A program made the translations under genes and the position numbers. Below, piece by piece: positions 17,122 to 26,473 of a DNA stretch of 32,000 bases (its first letter is position 1; each line of letters begins with the position of its first letter). The notes under the pieces are model-generated. The model worked only from the letters and a program-made list of their open reading frames with translations, did no database searches and had not been told where the DNA came from. This DNA is from Candidatus Nitrosopumilus koreensis AR1 (GTDB taxonomy: Archaea > Thermoproteota > Nitrososphaeria > Nitrososphaerales > Nitrosopumilaceae), in contig NC_018655.1 of the NCBI RefSeq assembly GCF_000299365.1, forward strand, positions 810,001 to 842,000. The letters are read 5' to 3'.

Positions 17122-17766
17122 ATGAACAAAGTTTTTCTTCTGCTTATTCCTGTTGCAATAGGAATTATTGCAGGCAGTTTCTTGGCATTTTATCCAGAGT
17201 CAGAAAATAATTCTAAAAAATTAACAGCATCAAATCTTATTGAGGGAGGATCTCCAGCATTAGGAGACAGCAATGCTCCAATTACCATTTTGGAGTGGGG
17301 AGATTACCAATGCACATTTTGTTATAAATTTCACCAAAACACATTAGATGTGATAAACGATGATTTTATAAAAACGGGCAAGGTAAAACTTGTTTTCAAA
17401 GACTTTCCACTCAACGGCCCAGACTCAATATTAGCTGCAGAGGCATCATATTGTGCAGGAGATCAAGGAAAATACTGGCAATATCACAATGAGCTTTACA
17501 AGAATTGGGGAGGAGAAAGAACAGGTTGGGTCACCAGAGATTCATTAGACAGTTTTGCATCTACGGTAAACTTAGATTTAGAAACATTCAACAAATGTCT
17601 TGATGAGCACAAATATCAAAACAAAGTTAATGCATTATATGATTTAGGAAGAGAAATTGGAATTGATGCTACACCTTCATTTTTGGTATTCAATGATGAG
17701 AAAATAATCAAGATAAGAGGCAACCAACCACTAGAGACATTCCTCAAAACATTTAATGAGTTATGA
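17122..17766 (+). CDS. DsbA-like thiol:disulfide oxidoreductase (thioredoxin fold), membrane-anchored
   Basis: Track ORF 17065-17766, trimmed to ATG 17122 (MNKVFLLLIPVAIGIIAGSFLAFY signal anchor). CxxC active site WGDYQCTFCYKF and the cis-Pro region IDATPSFLV. Confidence 0.85.
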   Translation: MNKVFLLLIPVAIGIIAGSFLAFYPESENNSKKLTASNLIEGGSPALGDSNAPITILEWGDYQCTFCYKFHQNTLDVINDDFIKTGKVKLVFKDFPLNGPDSILAAEASYCAGDQGKYWQYHNELYKNWGGERTGWVTRDSLDSFASTVNLDLETFNKCLDEHKYQNKVNALYDLGREIGIDATPSFLVFNDEKIIKIRGNQPLETFLKTFNEL

Positions 17767-17825
17767 TCAACACCATACAAAACAATCAATCAAAATTAAT
17801 ATCCGCATAGCTTGGAGTAAGCACG

Positions 17826-19106
17826 ATGGGCAAAATAGAGATAGAAAAACAAGATTCTGTTAAAATATACAAAATTAGAAAAACATTAGAAGAACTTTCA
17901 AACAAATCGGGTCGAGGAACAGAATTAATCACAGTATACATACCTAAAGGAAAACAACTTCATGAAATTATTGGATCACTTCAACAAGAACAAGGTACTG
18001 CAGATAATATCAAATCAGATCTTACCAGATCACATGTAGTAGATTCTTTAGGAAAAGTAATTCAAAGACTAAAACTATACAAAAAAACTCCTGAAAGAGG
18101 ATTAGTAATGTTCTGTGGGGCATTACCGCCAGAGGAAGGTGGCCCATTAGGAAGTGAAGTCGTCAAAGTTTGGGAAATAGATCCTCCAAAAGATTTGAAT
18201 CAATATCTCTACAGATGTGATGATCATTTTCATGTAGACATTCTAAAAGATATGCTCAAAGATGACAACCTAATTGGGTTTTTAGCAATTGACGCAAAAG
18301 ATGCAGGGTGGGGATTATTACATGGAGATAAAATCGAAGTGTTGGCCCAAACAGGTTCAGGCGTTGCAGGAAAACACAGACAGGGAGGACAATCTGCAAA
18401 AAGATTTCAGAAATTAAGAGAGATGGAATTGACATATTACTTTAACAGAGTGGCACAAACAACAAGAGAGTATTTTATCGACATCTATCCAGTAAAAGGA
18501 TTAATCATTTCAGGTCCAGGACCTACAAAAGAAGATTTCATCAATGGAAATTATCTTGAATATAGATTACAAAATAACATTATTGCAACAATCGACTCAT
18601 CGTATTCAGGTTCAGAAGGCATAAGAGAGGCTTTTGCAAAATCTTCAGATATTTTAGGTAATTTCAGACTAGTTGAAGAGAAGAAATTGGTAGAAGATTT
18701 ATTCAGAGAAATTAACGGAAATACTGGAAAAGGGTCATATGGATTGCAAGAAGTAATTGATTTTCTAAAAAACAACGTAGTTGAAACTTTGATCATCACA
18801 GACAACACAAATTTGAGTAGAGTGGAGGGTAAATGCAAACGATGTAAACATCTACAAGAAGATATTGTTGAAAGACCAGATGTAATTCCAAAAATGACAG
18901 AGTATTCTAGCAATCCTTGTCCTAGTTGTAAAGCCATGGAAGTTGAGGTAAACGAGCAAGATATTGTAGATTATTTAGAATTGTTAGCATCAAAAACTGG
19001 TTCAAAGTTAGAAGTGGTTTCAGGAAGTGCAGAGCATGGAAATATGCTTGCAAGTCTTGGAAAAATTGGTGCGATTTTAAGGTATAATCCAGGACACACT
19101 AAATAG
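17826..19106 (+). CDS. prf1: peptide chain release factor aRF1
   Basis: 426 aa. NIKS motif (18006-18017) and GGQ motif in KHRQGGQSAKRF (18384-18392). CxxC...CxxC mini-domain at 18834-18929. Confidence 0.95.
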   Translation: MGKIEIEKQDSVKIYKIRKTLEELSNKSGRGTELITVYIPKGKQLHEIIGSLQQEQGTADNIKSDLTRSHVVDSLGKVIQRLKLYKKTPERGLVMFCGALPPEEGGPLGSEVVKVWEIDPPKDLNQYLYRCDDHFHVDILKDMLKDDNLIGFLAIDAKDAGWGLLHGDKIEVLAQTGSGVAGKHRQGGQSAKRFQKLREMELTYYFNRVAQTTREYFIDIYPVKGLIISGPGPTKEDFINGNYLEYRLQNNIIATIDSSYSGSEGIREAFAKSSDILGNFRLVEEKKLVEDLFREINGNTGKGSYGLQEVIDFLKNNVVETLIITDNTNLSRVEGKCKRCKHLQEDIVERPDVIPKMTEYSSNPCPSCKAMEVEVNEQDIVDYLELLASKTGSKLEVVSGSAEHGNMLASLGKIGAILRYNPGHTK

Positions 19107-19503
19107 CACTACGAATTTTTTTTGCCAGTTCTGAGAGTTCATCATCATTTGAGATTTGTCGTTTTGTCCAAACAGTTCCTTTATGATTATATCGTGGGAT
19201 GATGTGAATATGAACATGTGGAATTATTTGTTTTGCAGCACGACCATTGTTTTGACCAAGACTGAATGCATCAGCTCCAGTGGCAGTTAGTATAGCTTTT
19301 GCAATCTTTGGAACTAGCGAGAAAACTTTTCCAACATCTTCAGGTTTCATATCAGTAATGCGTTCATGATGTTCCCGAGGAATTACCAAACTATGACCAA
19401 CATCAATAGGATATTTGTCCAAAAATGATACATGAGAGTCATCCTCATACAAAAAATGGCCATCTATCTTTCCATCTAAAATATTACAAAAAATACAAGT
19501 CAT
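19099..19503 (-). CDS. HIT-family (histidine triad) nucleotide hydrolase
   Basis: 134 aa. Histidine triad HVHIHIIP and an N-terminal C-x-F-C motif. Convergent 8-nt overlap with aRF1. Confidence 0.9.
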   Translation of the reverse strand: MTCIFCNILDGKIDGHFLYEDDSHVSFLDKYPIDVGHSLVIPREHHERITDMKPEDVGKVFSLVPKIAKAILTATGADAFSLGQNNGRAAKQIIPHVHIHIIPRYNHKGTVWTKRQISNDDELSELAKKIRSAI

Positions 19504-19611
19504 AAATTCAGCAGTGTATGATTTTATTTATTATTTTTTAGAAAAGTATTCTTTGAAAATACAAGTTTATCGAATGGTTAATTAGGGCAAATTTCAGAGT
19601 TTGAACATCCT

Positions 19612-20211
19612 ATGGGCAGAAAAGAGAGAAGAGCACGTGAACAAAAACGTGAAAACTACGCTACAAAACATTCAGCTGAACAAAGAAAAAATACGTTAAT
19701 TGCAGTTGGGGTTTTGGCAGTAATTGCAGTAATTGTAGGATATGCTGCATGGATGTTTGCTACAATGGATCAAAGTACTGCCCCAGGAGGACCAGAAAAT
19801 GCAGGAGCATTAGGAAGTGATCATGCACATGCTGCAATTTTAGTAAAGATATTTGGCGATGAATTTGATTTTTCAGCTCCAGCATATCAAATTAAATCAA
19901 GTTGGATTCATTTTGAAGGAAGAGACGGCTCCACAGTACACAAACATGCAACAGGAGTCACTCTAGGATATCTATTTGAAACACTATCGTTAGGTCTTGA
20001 TGATCAATGCTTTGTATTCCAAGATGGCCGAGAGTTTTGTACAAACGAAGATTATTCTCTAAAATTCTACTATAATGGAGAACAGGTTTCAGATATCAGA
20101 GACATTGAAATTATGGAAGATGACAGAATTTTGATTTCATATGGTGGAGAGACACCTGAAGAAATTGAAGGACAGTTAATTGAATTAGAAAATCAAGAGA
20201 TAGTAAAATAA
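19612..20211 (+). CDS. membrane-anchored hypothetical protein with a His-rich ectodomain
   Basis: 199 aa. Basic N-terminus, one TM helix (LIAVGVLAVIAVIVGYAAWMF), then an ectodomain with SDHAHAAI and TVHKHATG motifs. No family name recalled. Confidence 0.65.
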   Translation: MGRKERRAREQKRENYATKHSAEQRKNTLIAVGVLAVIAVIVGYAAWMFATMDQSTAPGGPENAGALGSDHAHAAILVKIFGDEFDFSAPAYQIKSSWIHFEGRDGSTVHKHATGVTLGYLFETLSLGLDDQCFVFQDGREFCTNEDYSLKFYYNGEQVSDIRDIEIMEDDRILISYGGETPEEIEGQLIELENQEIVK

Positions 20212-20215
20212 AATC

Positions 20216-20410
20216 TTAGTCTTCTTTTGTTGTAAACTGTGCCATTTTATCAAAGAACATGTAAAAACCACAGCGAGTACATCTTAGTACAGTTAATTCA
20301 GTTGTAAGAAATTCTTTGTCCTCAAACCTACCACTAAGTTTTACATTTTCACCTGCAATTTCGGCTTTGTTACTTTTGCAAACAGGACATTCAAGTGCTT
20401 TTTGCTCCAT
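20216..20410 (-). CDS. small zinc-ribbon protein (64 aa from ATG 20410)
   Basis: Track ORF 20216-20419 has a TTG start; ATG at 20410 gives MEQKALECPVCK...LRCTRCGF, two CxxC knuckles. Confidence 0.55.
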   Translation of the reverse strand: MEQKALECPVCKSNKAEIAGENVKLSGRFEDKEFLTTELTVLRCTRCGFYMFFDKMAQFTTKED

Positions 20411-20507
20411 GTGATTCAAGCAAATATTTACAATTTAAACTCAATGAAAGTTTTTGAATCGATATTTTCAACAAAGTCTAAATTATAGCAATCAAGAATT
20501 CCATATC

Positions 20508-22184
20508 ATGGAGGGAATCTCTAGTAGGAATGTGGTAGAAGGAACTTCTCGTGCACCACAAAGAGCAATGTACAAAGCTATGGGATTAGATGACAATGAT
20601 TTGTCAAAACAAATGATTGGTGTATGTCACACGGGAAATGAAGCAACACCTTGCAACATTCACCTTCCTAGATTAGCACTTAAAGCAAAAGAAGGTGTTT
20701 CAGATACAGGAGCAACACCAAGAGAGTTTTCAACAATTGCAGTAAGTGATGGAATTGCAATGGGACATGAAGGAATGAAATCCTCATTGGTTTCTCGCGA
20801 AATTATTGCAGATTCTATTGAATTAATGGTTAGAGCACATCAATACGACGCACTAGTAGGAATTGCAGGATGTGACAAAAGTCTTCCAGGCACTATGATG
20901 GCAATGGCAAGATTAAACATTCCATCAGTGTTTGTTTATGGAGGAACCATCATGCCAGGAATGCTAGATGGAAAAGAGCTTACAGTAGTAGATGTCTATG
21001 AAGCAGTTGGAGCATACGATTCAGGTCAATTATCATTAGAAGGTCTTAAAAATATTGAAAATACTGCGTGTCCAAATGAAGGATCATGCGGAGGAATGTT
21101 TACTGCCAACACAATGGCATCAATTTCAGAAGCTATCGGTCTTGCATTGCCAGGTAGTGCTAGCCCTCCAGCAGAAGACGATAGAAGAGAAAAGATGGTG
21201 TATGATACAGGAGTAGCATGTGCAAAATTATTACAGATGGGCATTAGACCTAAAGAAATTCTCACTTTTGAGGCATTTGAAAATGCAATAACTATGTTAA
21301 ATTCAGTTGGCGGTTCAACAAATGGAATTTTACATTTACTAGCACTTGCAAACGAAGTAGATATCAAATTAACATATGATGATTTTGAGAGAGTTAGGAA
21401 AAAAACACCACATCTAGCAGATATGAAACCTGGTGGAAATTATGTAATGAATTCACTTGATAAAATTGGCGGAATTCCATTTGTGTTAAAGAAATTACTT
21501 GACAAAGGATTGTTACATGAAAATTGCATTACAGTAACTGGAAAAACAATCAAAGAAAATTTGAATTCAATGGATCTGCCAAAAACAGACCAACAGATTG
21601 TAAGACCAATTGAAAACCCCATACACACAGTAGGAACTGCCGTAATCCTCAAAGGCTCACTTGCACCAGAAGGAGCAGTAATCAAAACGGCAGGAGTAGA
21701 AATGACGAAGTTTACAGGAAAAGCACGTGTGTTTGACAGAGAGGAATTTGCTTTTGAGGCTGTAAAAAGAGGTGAGATTGACGAAGGCCATGTAGTTGTA
21801 ATCAGATATGAAGGACCAAAAGGAGGTCCAGGAATGAGAGAAATGTTAGCCACAACTGCTGCATTAGTAGGTCAAGGATTGGGCAAAAAAGTTGCAATGG
21901 TAACAGATGGACGATTCTCAGGAGGAACTAGAGGATTCATGGTAGGCCATGTAGCACCTGAAGCATACGTAGGAGGACCAATAGCACTTGTAAAAAATGA
22001 TGATGAAATCACAATAGATACAGAAACCAATGTAATTGATCTTCATGTGTCATCTGAAGAACTAGAAAACAGAAGAAAGCAATGGACACCACCAAAACCA
22101 AATTACACAACAGGCGCTTTGGCAAAATTTGCAACACTTGTAGGTTCTGCTGCAGAAGGCGCAATAACAAAAGCTAACCCATAG
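20508..22184 (+). CDS. ilvD: dihydroxy-acid dehydratase
   Basis: Track ORF 20454-22184 (TTG), trimmed to ATG 20508, which lies 21 nt after TATA-like TAAATTAT. Signatures [16 protein letters not shown] and [12 protein letters not shown]. Confidence 0.95.
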   Translation: MEGISSRNVVEGTSRAPQRAMYKAMGLDDNDLSKQMIGVCHTGNEATPCNIHLPRLALKAKEGVSDTGATPREFSTIAVSDGIAMGHEGMKSSLVSREIIADSIELMVRAHQYDALVGIAGCDKSLPGTMMAMARLNIPSVFVYGGTIMPGMLDGKELTVVDVYEAVGAYDSGQLSLEGLKNIENTACPNEGSCGGMFTANTMASISEAIGLALPGSASPPAEDDRREKMVYDTGVACAKLLQMGIRPKEILTFEAFENAITMLNSVGGSTNGILHLLALANEVDIKLTYDDFERVRKKTPHLADMKPGGNYVMNSLDKIGGIPFVLKKLLDKGLLHENCITVTGKTIKENLNSMDLPKTDQQIVRPIENPIHTVGTAVILKGSLAPEGAVIKTAGVEMTKFTGKARVFDREEFAFEAVKRGEIDEGHVVVIRYEGPKGGPGMREMLATTAALVGQGLGKKVAMVTDGRFSGGTRGFMVGHVAPEAYVGGPIALVKNDDEITIDTETNVIDLHVSSEELENRRKQWTPPKPNYTTGALAKFATLVGSAAEGAITKANP

Positions 22185-22749
22185 AAAGTTTCTTAAAATC
22201 CAATTTTTCTTGTTCTGTCACATATATCTCCAATAATGTTTTCCATGCTTTTTGAAAATCAGTTCTGAATTTTTTAAAGCCAGACATAGAAGATAAAGAA
22301 ACCTTAGATTTTGGATGATATGTCACTTCATCTAAAGAAATACAATGAACAGTATCATTTCTTACTTCAAATAATCTTGACATGTCTCGGGTAAATTCAG
22401 GTCCAAATACTTTCCAATCAAGAAATGTTCTAATTTTTCTATTTATCGGAACAAGATTAAGAAGATAAAGCAGTTCAGAACTGTCACTTTCATTTGAATG
22501 CCCCACTATTCTCAATCTAATGAGTTCATCAAACAAAAAGGCCATTTTTGAAAAGGCAGATAAAACACTATCTCGATTGTTTGCAATAGTCAATTTAGGG
22601 CTAAATCCATTTTTGAGAGTTCCTGCATTAATGAAATAATGTTTGTCTTTGTCAATTAGATATAATCGAATTTTTGGAGAGATGTTTTTGTTTTTTTTAG
22701 TAAATGCCAAAAAATCTGAAACACTCATGTGGCAACAAAATGACATCAA
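22174..22749 (-). CDS. hypothetical protein with an RNxxxH (Rx4H, HEPN-like) motif
   Basis: 191 aa. Predicted mostly helical by eye. [15 protein letters not shown] places R-N-D-T-V-H at 22345-22362, about three-quarters through the protein, as in HEPN domains. The CDS call is reasonably safe; the HEPN assignment rests on the motif only. Confidence 0.55.
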   Translation of the reverse strand: MMSFCCHMSVSDFLAFTKKNKNISPKIRLYLIDKDKHYFINAGTLKNGFSPKLTIANNRDSVLSAFSKMAFLFDELIRLRIVGHSNESDSSELLYLLNLVPINRKIRTFLDWKVFGPEFTRDMSRLFEVRNDTVHCISLDEVTYHPKSKVSLSSMSGFKKFRTDFQKAWKTLLEIYVTEQEKLDFKKLSMG

Positions 22750-22883
22750 TCAATTAAGGATTTGGTAGATTTTCAAGAAAAATGATCAATTTGTCCACAA
22801 TCTTTATAGATCATCGATCATAAATCATCATAGAGATAACAGAGAAGAAAATGAAATTATCCTTATTGAATTACTGTTATCTA

Positions 22884-24573
22884 CTACAGGTTTTCAATGC
22901 CTAAGACATCATGGTACGATTTTGGAATCATCCGTTGTGCCTTGAAAAAGACGTTATTTGCAGCAGCATCAAGCACATAGGTTTTAGCCCAATCATCCTC
23001 ACTACGTATAGAACGCCCAAATCCCTGAAGTAATTTTGTAAGCGTTTGAGAAGTGTACCAAAGAGGGAATTTATCCATCTTAGCCCTAGTTCGTTTTTCT
23101 TTGTAGTTAGGATAAGGAACCTTTGCAATAATCTGGAAACGAGAAAGGTCATCTTTTAGATCAACACCTTCCCAAAGAGAAGAAGAAAGCAAGACTCCAG
23201 TAGGATCAGATGCATGTTCAGAGATAACCTCATCTTGAGTTTTTCCATCTTTGTTTTTACTATGACAAATACGAATTCTTTTTGTATTTTTTGGAGAGAG
23301 ATATCTTAGGATTTTTTGACATCTAGGAATAGAAGATGTAAGAATTAGTCCACGTTCATTAGAATGTTCATCTAAAATTCGATCAATTGTTTTGATTACT
23401 TCTAATTCATCTTCTTCAGTTGAACCGTAGCTTAATCTTCTAATATTTAGCAAATCAATGGTTCTATGTTCAATTGGAAAAGGAGACTTGGGAGTATCAA
23501 CAAATGCAATGTTGTCTTGGTCCAATCCCATATTCTCACAGAAACTTTGTTTATCAATTGTAGCAGACATGAAAATTTGGTATTCTGTTTCAAAAAACGT
23601 ATTTGTGAATTTTGAAACATCAATAGGTTTTACAGATATTGTTCTAAAGTTTCCATTCAAATCACGAACAGGATCACTGACAACAAAGTTATCTTTGTCA
23701 GAGGTAATGTCAATTTTTGCCTGTGCTGCTCGGTCGTAACGTCTCTCCAATCTTGAGAGCAATTCATAATCAGGGTTATTTTCAAATGCAGGACTCTCTT
23801 TGAGGTCTTTGATTTTTTTTGCATAAGAATATGCAATATCATCAGTCAAGTTTACCATAGAATCCAAATCTGTGAAATCATATTTGTCAGTGCTAAGATT
23901 GCATTCATCTACTTGCCCACTGAAGATATCAAATCCTACAAATTGAATAATCTGATCTTCAATTTTATGTGCCTCATCAAAAACAGACACTTTCCTATCC
24001 AGATAATCTTCAAATAATTTCTTGTTAAATTTCATAATTTGGAAAAAAGCATGATAATTCCAAAGAGAGTGTTTTGAGACCAAAGCATCATATTTTTGAA
24101 GATAGTAATGGCAAGAGTTAGAATCCTGAGTATTCTCCTCGACCTGTTTTATAGTAGGTTTGAATTTACAAATCTCAACTACTTCTTTGCCATTTTTACT
24201 GGTCCTTTCCTGACATTCTCCCTTCTCACAAGTTAATCCCCATCTCATTGCTCTTCTGGAGTTATCCACTTTTTCAGCAGACATCAGTTTCAGGCAAGGG
24301 AAGTTTTGTTTACCTTTTACAGGTTTAAGAAAAGGAATGTCCTTGATGTATTGATCTTGCAAATGTTTTGATGCAGTCACTGTAAATGAACTGTCAAAAT
24401 ACTTTGAGATGGTTGCCCCAACCAGAGACTTTCCAACCCCAGTAGGCGCACATAAAATGATTTTTTTATATCCTGAATTGAACCGCTCTTCAATGTCAGA
24501 CAGTATTTCTTTTTGAATATTTCGGGGGACAAATTGCTGAGGAAATTTTTCTAAAAGAGGCAGGATTAACCAT
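22884..24573 (-). CDS. Rad3/XPD/DinG-family SF2 DEAH helicase with a Cys cluster; 5-prime end frameshifted relative to its ATG (track ORF starts at GTG 24380)
   Basis: The track ORF (498 aa) has the DEAH box (FDEAHK, 23967-23978), five Cys between motifs I and II (FPC, TCEKGEC, EIC, NSC) and C-terminal helicase motifs (VLLSSSLWEGVDL, QGFGRSIRSEDD). My translation shows the same frame open up to 24587. That extension encodes LEKFPQQFVPRNIQKEILSDIEERFNSGYKKIILCAPTGVGKSLVG, with Walker A at 24426-24449, but has no ATG, GTG or TTG. ATG 24573 is one nt out of frame. Confidence 0.85.
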
Positions 24574-24662
24574 AATTTTCCTTTATATTAAAAGCATGAA
24601 GGTTCTTGTAATATCAAAATCATTGTAAACTAGTTTAATATCTAGTAAATACAACATAGATC

Positions 24663-24980
24663 ATGGAATTATTAGAAGACAAGATGAGAGTTTGGTTGGA
24701 AAGTGCAAAATTTGTCAAACCAAGCCCAGGAGTATATGTCCTATACAATAGAAGTAAGTATCCAATATACATTGGAGAAACAAGCAACTTGGAAAAAACA
24801 TTTACAACATATGTAGATACAGATTTTGAAAATAACGAATGTAAACAGAAAACACATTTTTACCAAAGAGTATTTTCAGATAATCCAAAAGAGCTACAAT
24901 TGCAAATAATGGAGCAATTCAAAAATGAAACAAATGAATTGCCCACATGTAATTCTGAAATCAAAGTAGAAACACCCTAA
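24663..24980 (+). CDS. small GIY-YIG-like (UvrC N-terminal-like) protein, 105 aa
   Basis: PGVYVLYNRSKYPIYIGETSNLEKTFTTYV matches GIY-x10-YIG-x-[ST]-x-NL-x2-[R]-x3-Y of UvrC-type GIY-YIG domains. The usual Arg position is Thr, with a Lys one residue earlier. Later IMEQF...PTCN supplies the conserved Glu and Asn. Divergent from the helicase. ATG is 21 nt after TTTAATAT. Confidence 0.6.
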   Translation: MELLEDKMRVWLESAKFVKPSPGVYVLYNRSKYPIYIGETSNLEKTFTTYVDTDFENNECKQKTHFYQRVFSDNPKELQLQIMEQFKNETNELPTCNSEIKVETP

Positions 24981-25042
24981 ATTTCTTCACTGCATTGCAC
25001 TGAAGACCTACTGGATTAATAGAAAAATATGAATATCCCAAC

Positions 25043-25288
25043 ATGGGAAACGCGATGATTTATGCAGGTATTGCAATCGGAGTAGCTGCAATGGCCGGAA
25101 TAATGGTCTATGCACACGATAATCAAGCGAATTATCTTAGAGATGACGCAGTACTAGCACCAGCTGCAGAACAAGGCGCTTTTGCATCTGAAACAGGAAT
25201 GGTTCAATTGAACAAAGAACAATGGCATGAAGACCCATTCGGTGACAGGGCAGCTGAAGTGAGAGCAGCATATCAGTCTAGTGGTTAA
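25043..25288 (+). CDS. small membrane protein (81 aa), locally GC-richer
   Basis: Track ORF with an N-terminal TM helix (IYAGIAIGVAAMAGIMVYA) and an Ala-rich tail. The stop codon is embedded in a hairpin followed by a T-tract. Confidence 0.65.
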   Translation: MGNAMIYAGIAIGVAAMAGIMVYAHDNQANYLRDDAVLAPAAEQGAFASETGMVQLNKEQWHEDPFGDRAAEVRAAYQSSG

Positions 25289-25310
25289 TCCACTAGATTC
25301 TTTTTATTTT
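25277..25310 (+). terminator. stem-loop plus T-tract at the end of the 81-aa gene
   Basis: TCTAGTGG (25277-25284), loop TTAAT containing the stop codon, CCACTAGA (25290-25297), then TTCTTTTTATTTT. Confidence 0.5.
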
Positions 25311-25381
25311 CAATTTAACACACGAACAAATCAGCCATGCATTGGAGAAAACAATTAATCTAAGAATGCAGTAAATTAACA

Positions 25382-25513
25382 ATGCATCAATGCTATTACT
25401 GTGAACAAATTTTTGATACGAAAGAGGCACTGTATGATCATGTCGAAGTGCATTCAGACATAGAAAGGAATAAGGAAATACTAGATAGAAAAAAGAAAGC
25501 ACAAAAAAAGTAA
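25382..25513 (+). CDS. single classical C2H2 zinc-finger protein (43 aa)
   Basis: Below the track cutoff; my translation is MHQCYYCEQIFDTKEALYDHVEVHSDIERNKEILDRKKKAQKK. It fits C-x2-C-x3-F-x5-L-x2-H-x3-H exactly and has a basic tail. The overlapping minus track ORF 25293-25502 looks spurious. Confidence 0.6.
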   Translation: MHQCYYCEQIFDTKEALYDHVEVHSDIERNKEILDRKKKAQKK

Positions 25514-25598
25514 TTTTAGGCTCAATTAAAAAAAATAGAGTAAAGGTAAGAAATAATCACATTCAGGTGGTGATATAACAACTTGGTTTTCAAAAAAT

Positions 25599-25865
25599 AT
25601 GGATTGGGTTGAGACATTATTAAGAAAATCATGCGACAGAACATTAACCAAAGAAGAAGTACTTCACAGCCTATTTCACATGATAGAAGTCAACGAAAAC
25701 ACTATGAACCAAATCCAATCAGACAAAAGAGATTTTGGTCCAGAGTTAGAAGAGTTAAAACAAACAGAGATTAGAGATTTAGATTTTCATTTAAAATACT
25801 ACCGAAGTTTGGTAAATTACATAAATTCAATTCAAGAAAACAAAATTTTTGAAAACCATCACTAA
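25599..25865 (+). CDS. hypothetical protein (88 aa)
   Basis: Track ORF with a helical, charged composition and no competing ORF. Confidence 0.55.
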   Translation: MDWVETLLRKSCDRTLTKEEVLHSLFHMIEVNENTMNQIQSDKRDFGPELEELKQTEIRDLDFHLKYYRSLVNYINSIQENKIFENHH

Positions 25866-25892
25866 GCATTTAGTAAAATATAGCCTCATAAT

Positions 25893-26432
25893 TTAGAGTT
25901 TCAATTGTTGAAAATGTAAATCATATTCAGACTGTTTTTCCAGATTATTTCCAAAGTCAGTTGTTTCATCATACTCTTGAATTCTTTTATCCAAGATTTT
26001 TTGTATTTTTTCAACTTCAAGGGAAATCATTTTTCCAGAGTCTTCCTTTGCAAATTGTTTTCTTTGCTCCTCATTTTTCCCTCGGGTAGGAAATTTCTTT
26101 CCTTCAAATTTCATTTGTAAACTTGAAATGTTTTGACGTCTAACCAGTTCTGCCAAATCAAAATGCCCTTGTTCATGTTTTAGCAACTGATCGTTTGCAT
26201 TTGAAACTCTAACAGAAGACAACAAAGGACAAAACTCAACAGAGATCTGAATATTTTTTATGAAAAACAATACATCATCACCTACTTTTTCAGAATCAAC
26301 TACCCAAGTAAACCCATATTTTATCACACTATGAGAATCTTCATAAGTTGCAGGATTATGTTCTGCTTTAAAATCAGACCATTGTAGAGAATAATCCTTA
26401 GACCAAGACAGAATCTCGTTTTCACTTACCAT
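25893..26432 (-). CDS. DUF922-like predicted zinc metallopeptidase (HExxH)
   Basis: 179 aa. N-terminal LQWSDFKAEHNP and LLKHEQGHFDLAE (HEQGH at 26163-26177) match my memory of the DUF922 family. No signal peptide. Confidence 0.7.
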   Translation of the reverse strand: MVSENEILSWSKDYSLQWSDFKAEHNPATYEDSHSVIKYGFTWVVDSEKVGDDVLFFIKNIQISVEFCPLLSSVRVSNANDQLLKHEQGHFDLAELVRRQNISSLQMKFEGKKFPTRGKNEEQRKQFAKEDSGKMISLEVEKIQKILDKRIQEYDETTDFGNNLEKQSEYDLHFQQLKL

Positions 26433-26473
26433 CTTAAAGATAATTTATGAATTTTAGAATAATTAGATTGTGA

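Noticed and set aside
18834-18929. CxxC-x24-CxxC zinc-ribbon insertion in the aRF1 C-terminal domain as a novelty
   Set aside because: As far as I recall, a Cys-containing mini-domain at this position is common in archaeal aRF1 and corresponds to the eRF1 C-domain mini-domain, so it is probably family-typical.
22834-22882. Inverted repeat AGATAACAG-N31-CTGTTATCT right after the helicase stop, and TAGTGGTC-N16-GACCACTA at 29125-29156
   Set aside because: My estimate is about ten chance occurrences of 8-9-bp arms with long loops in the window. Placement after stop codons is suggestive of terminators but not supportable alone.
16849-23842. Nested or antisense track ORFs 16849-17052, 17022-17210, 18551-18937, 21026-21367, 21440-21853, 22928-23152, 23458-23739 and 23657-23842
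   Set aside because: They lie inside or opposite the DUF4443-like, aRF1, ilvD and helicase genes. None has a motif or plausible start context.
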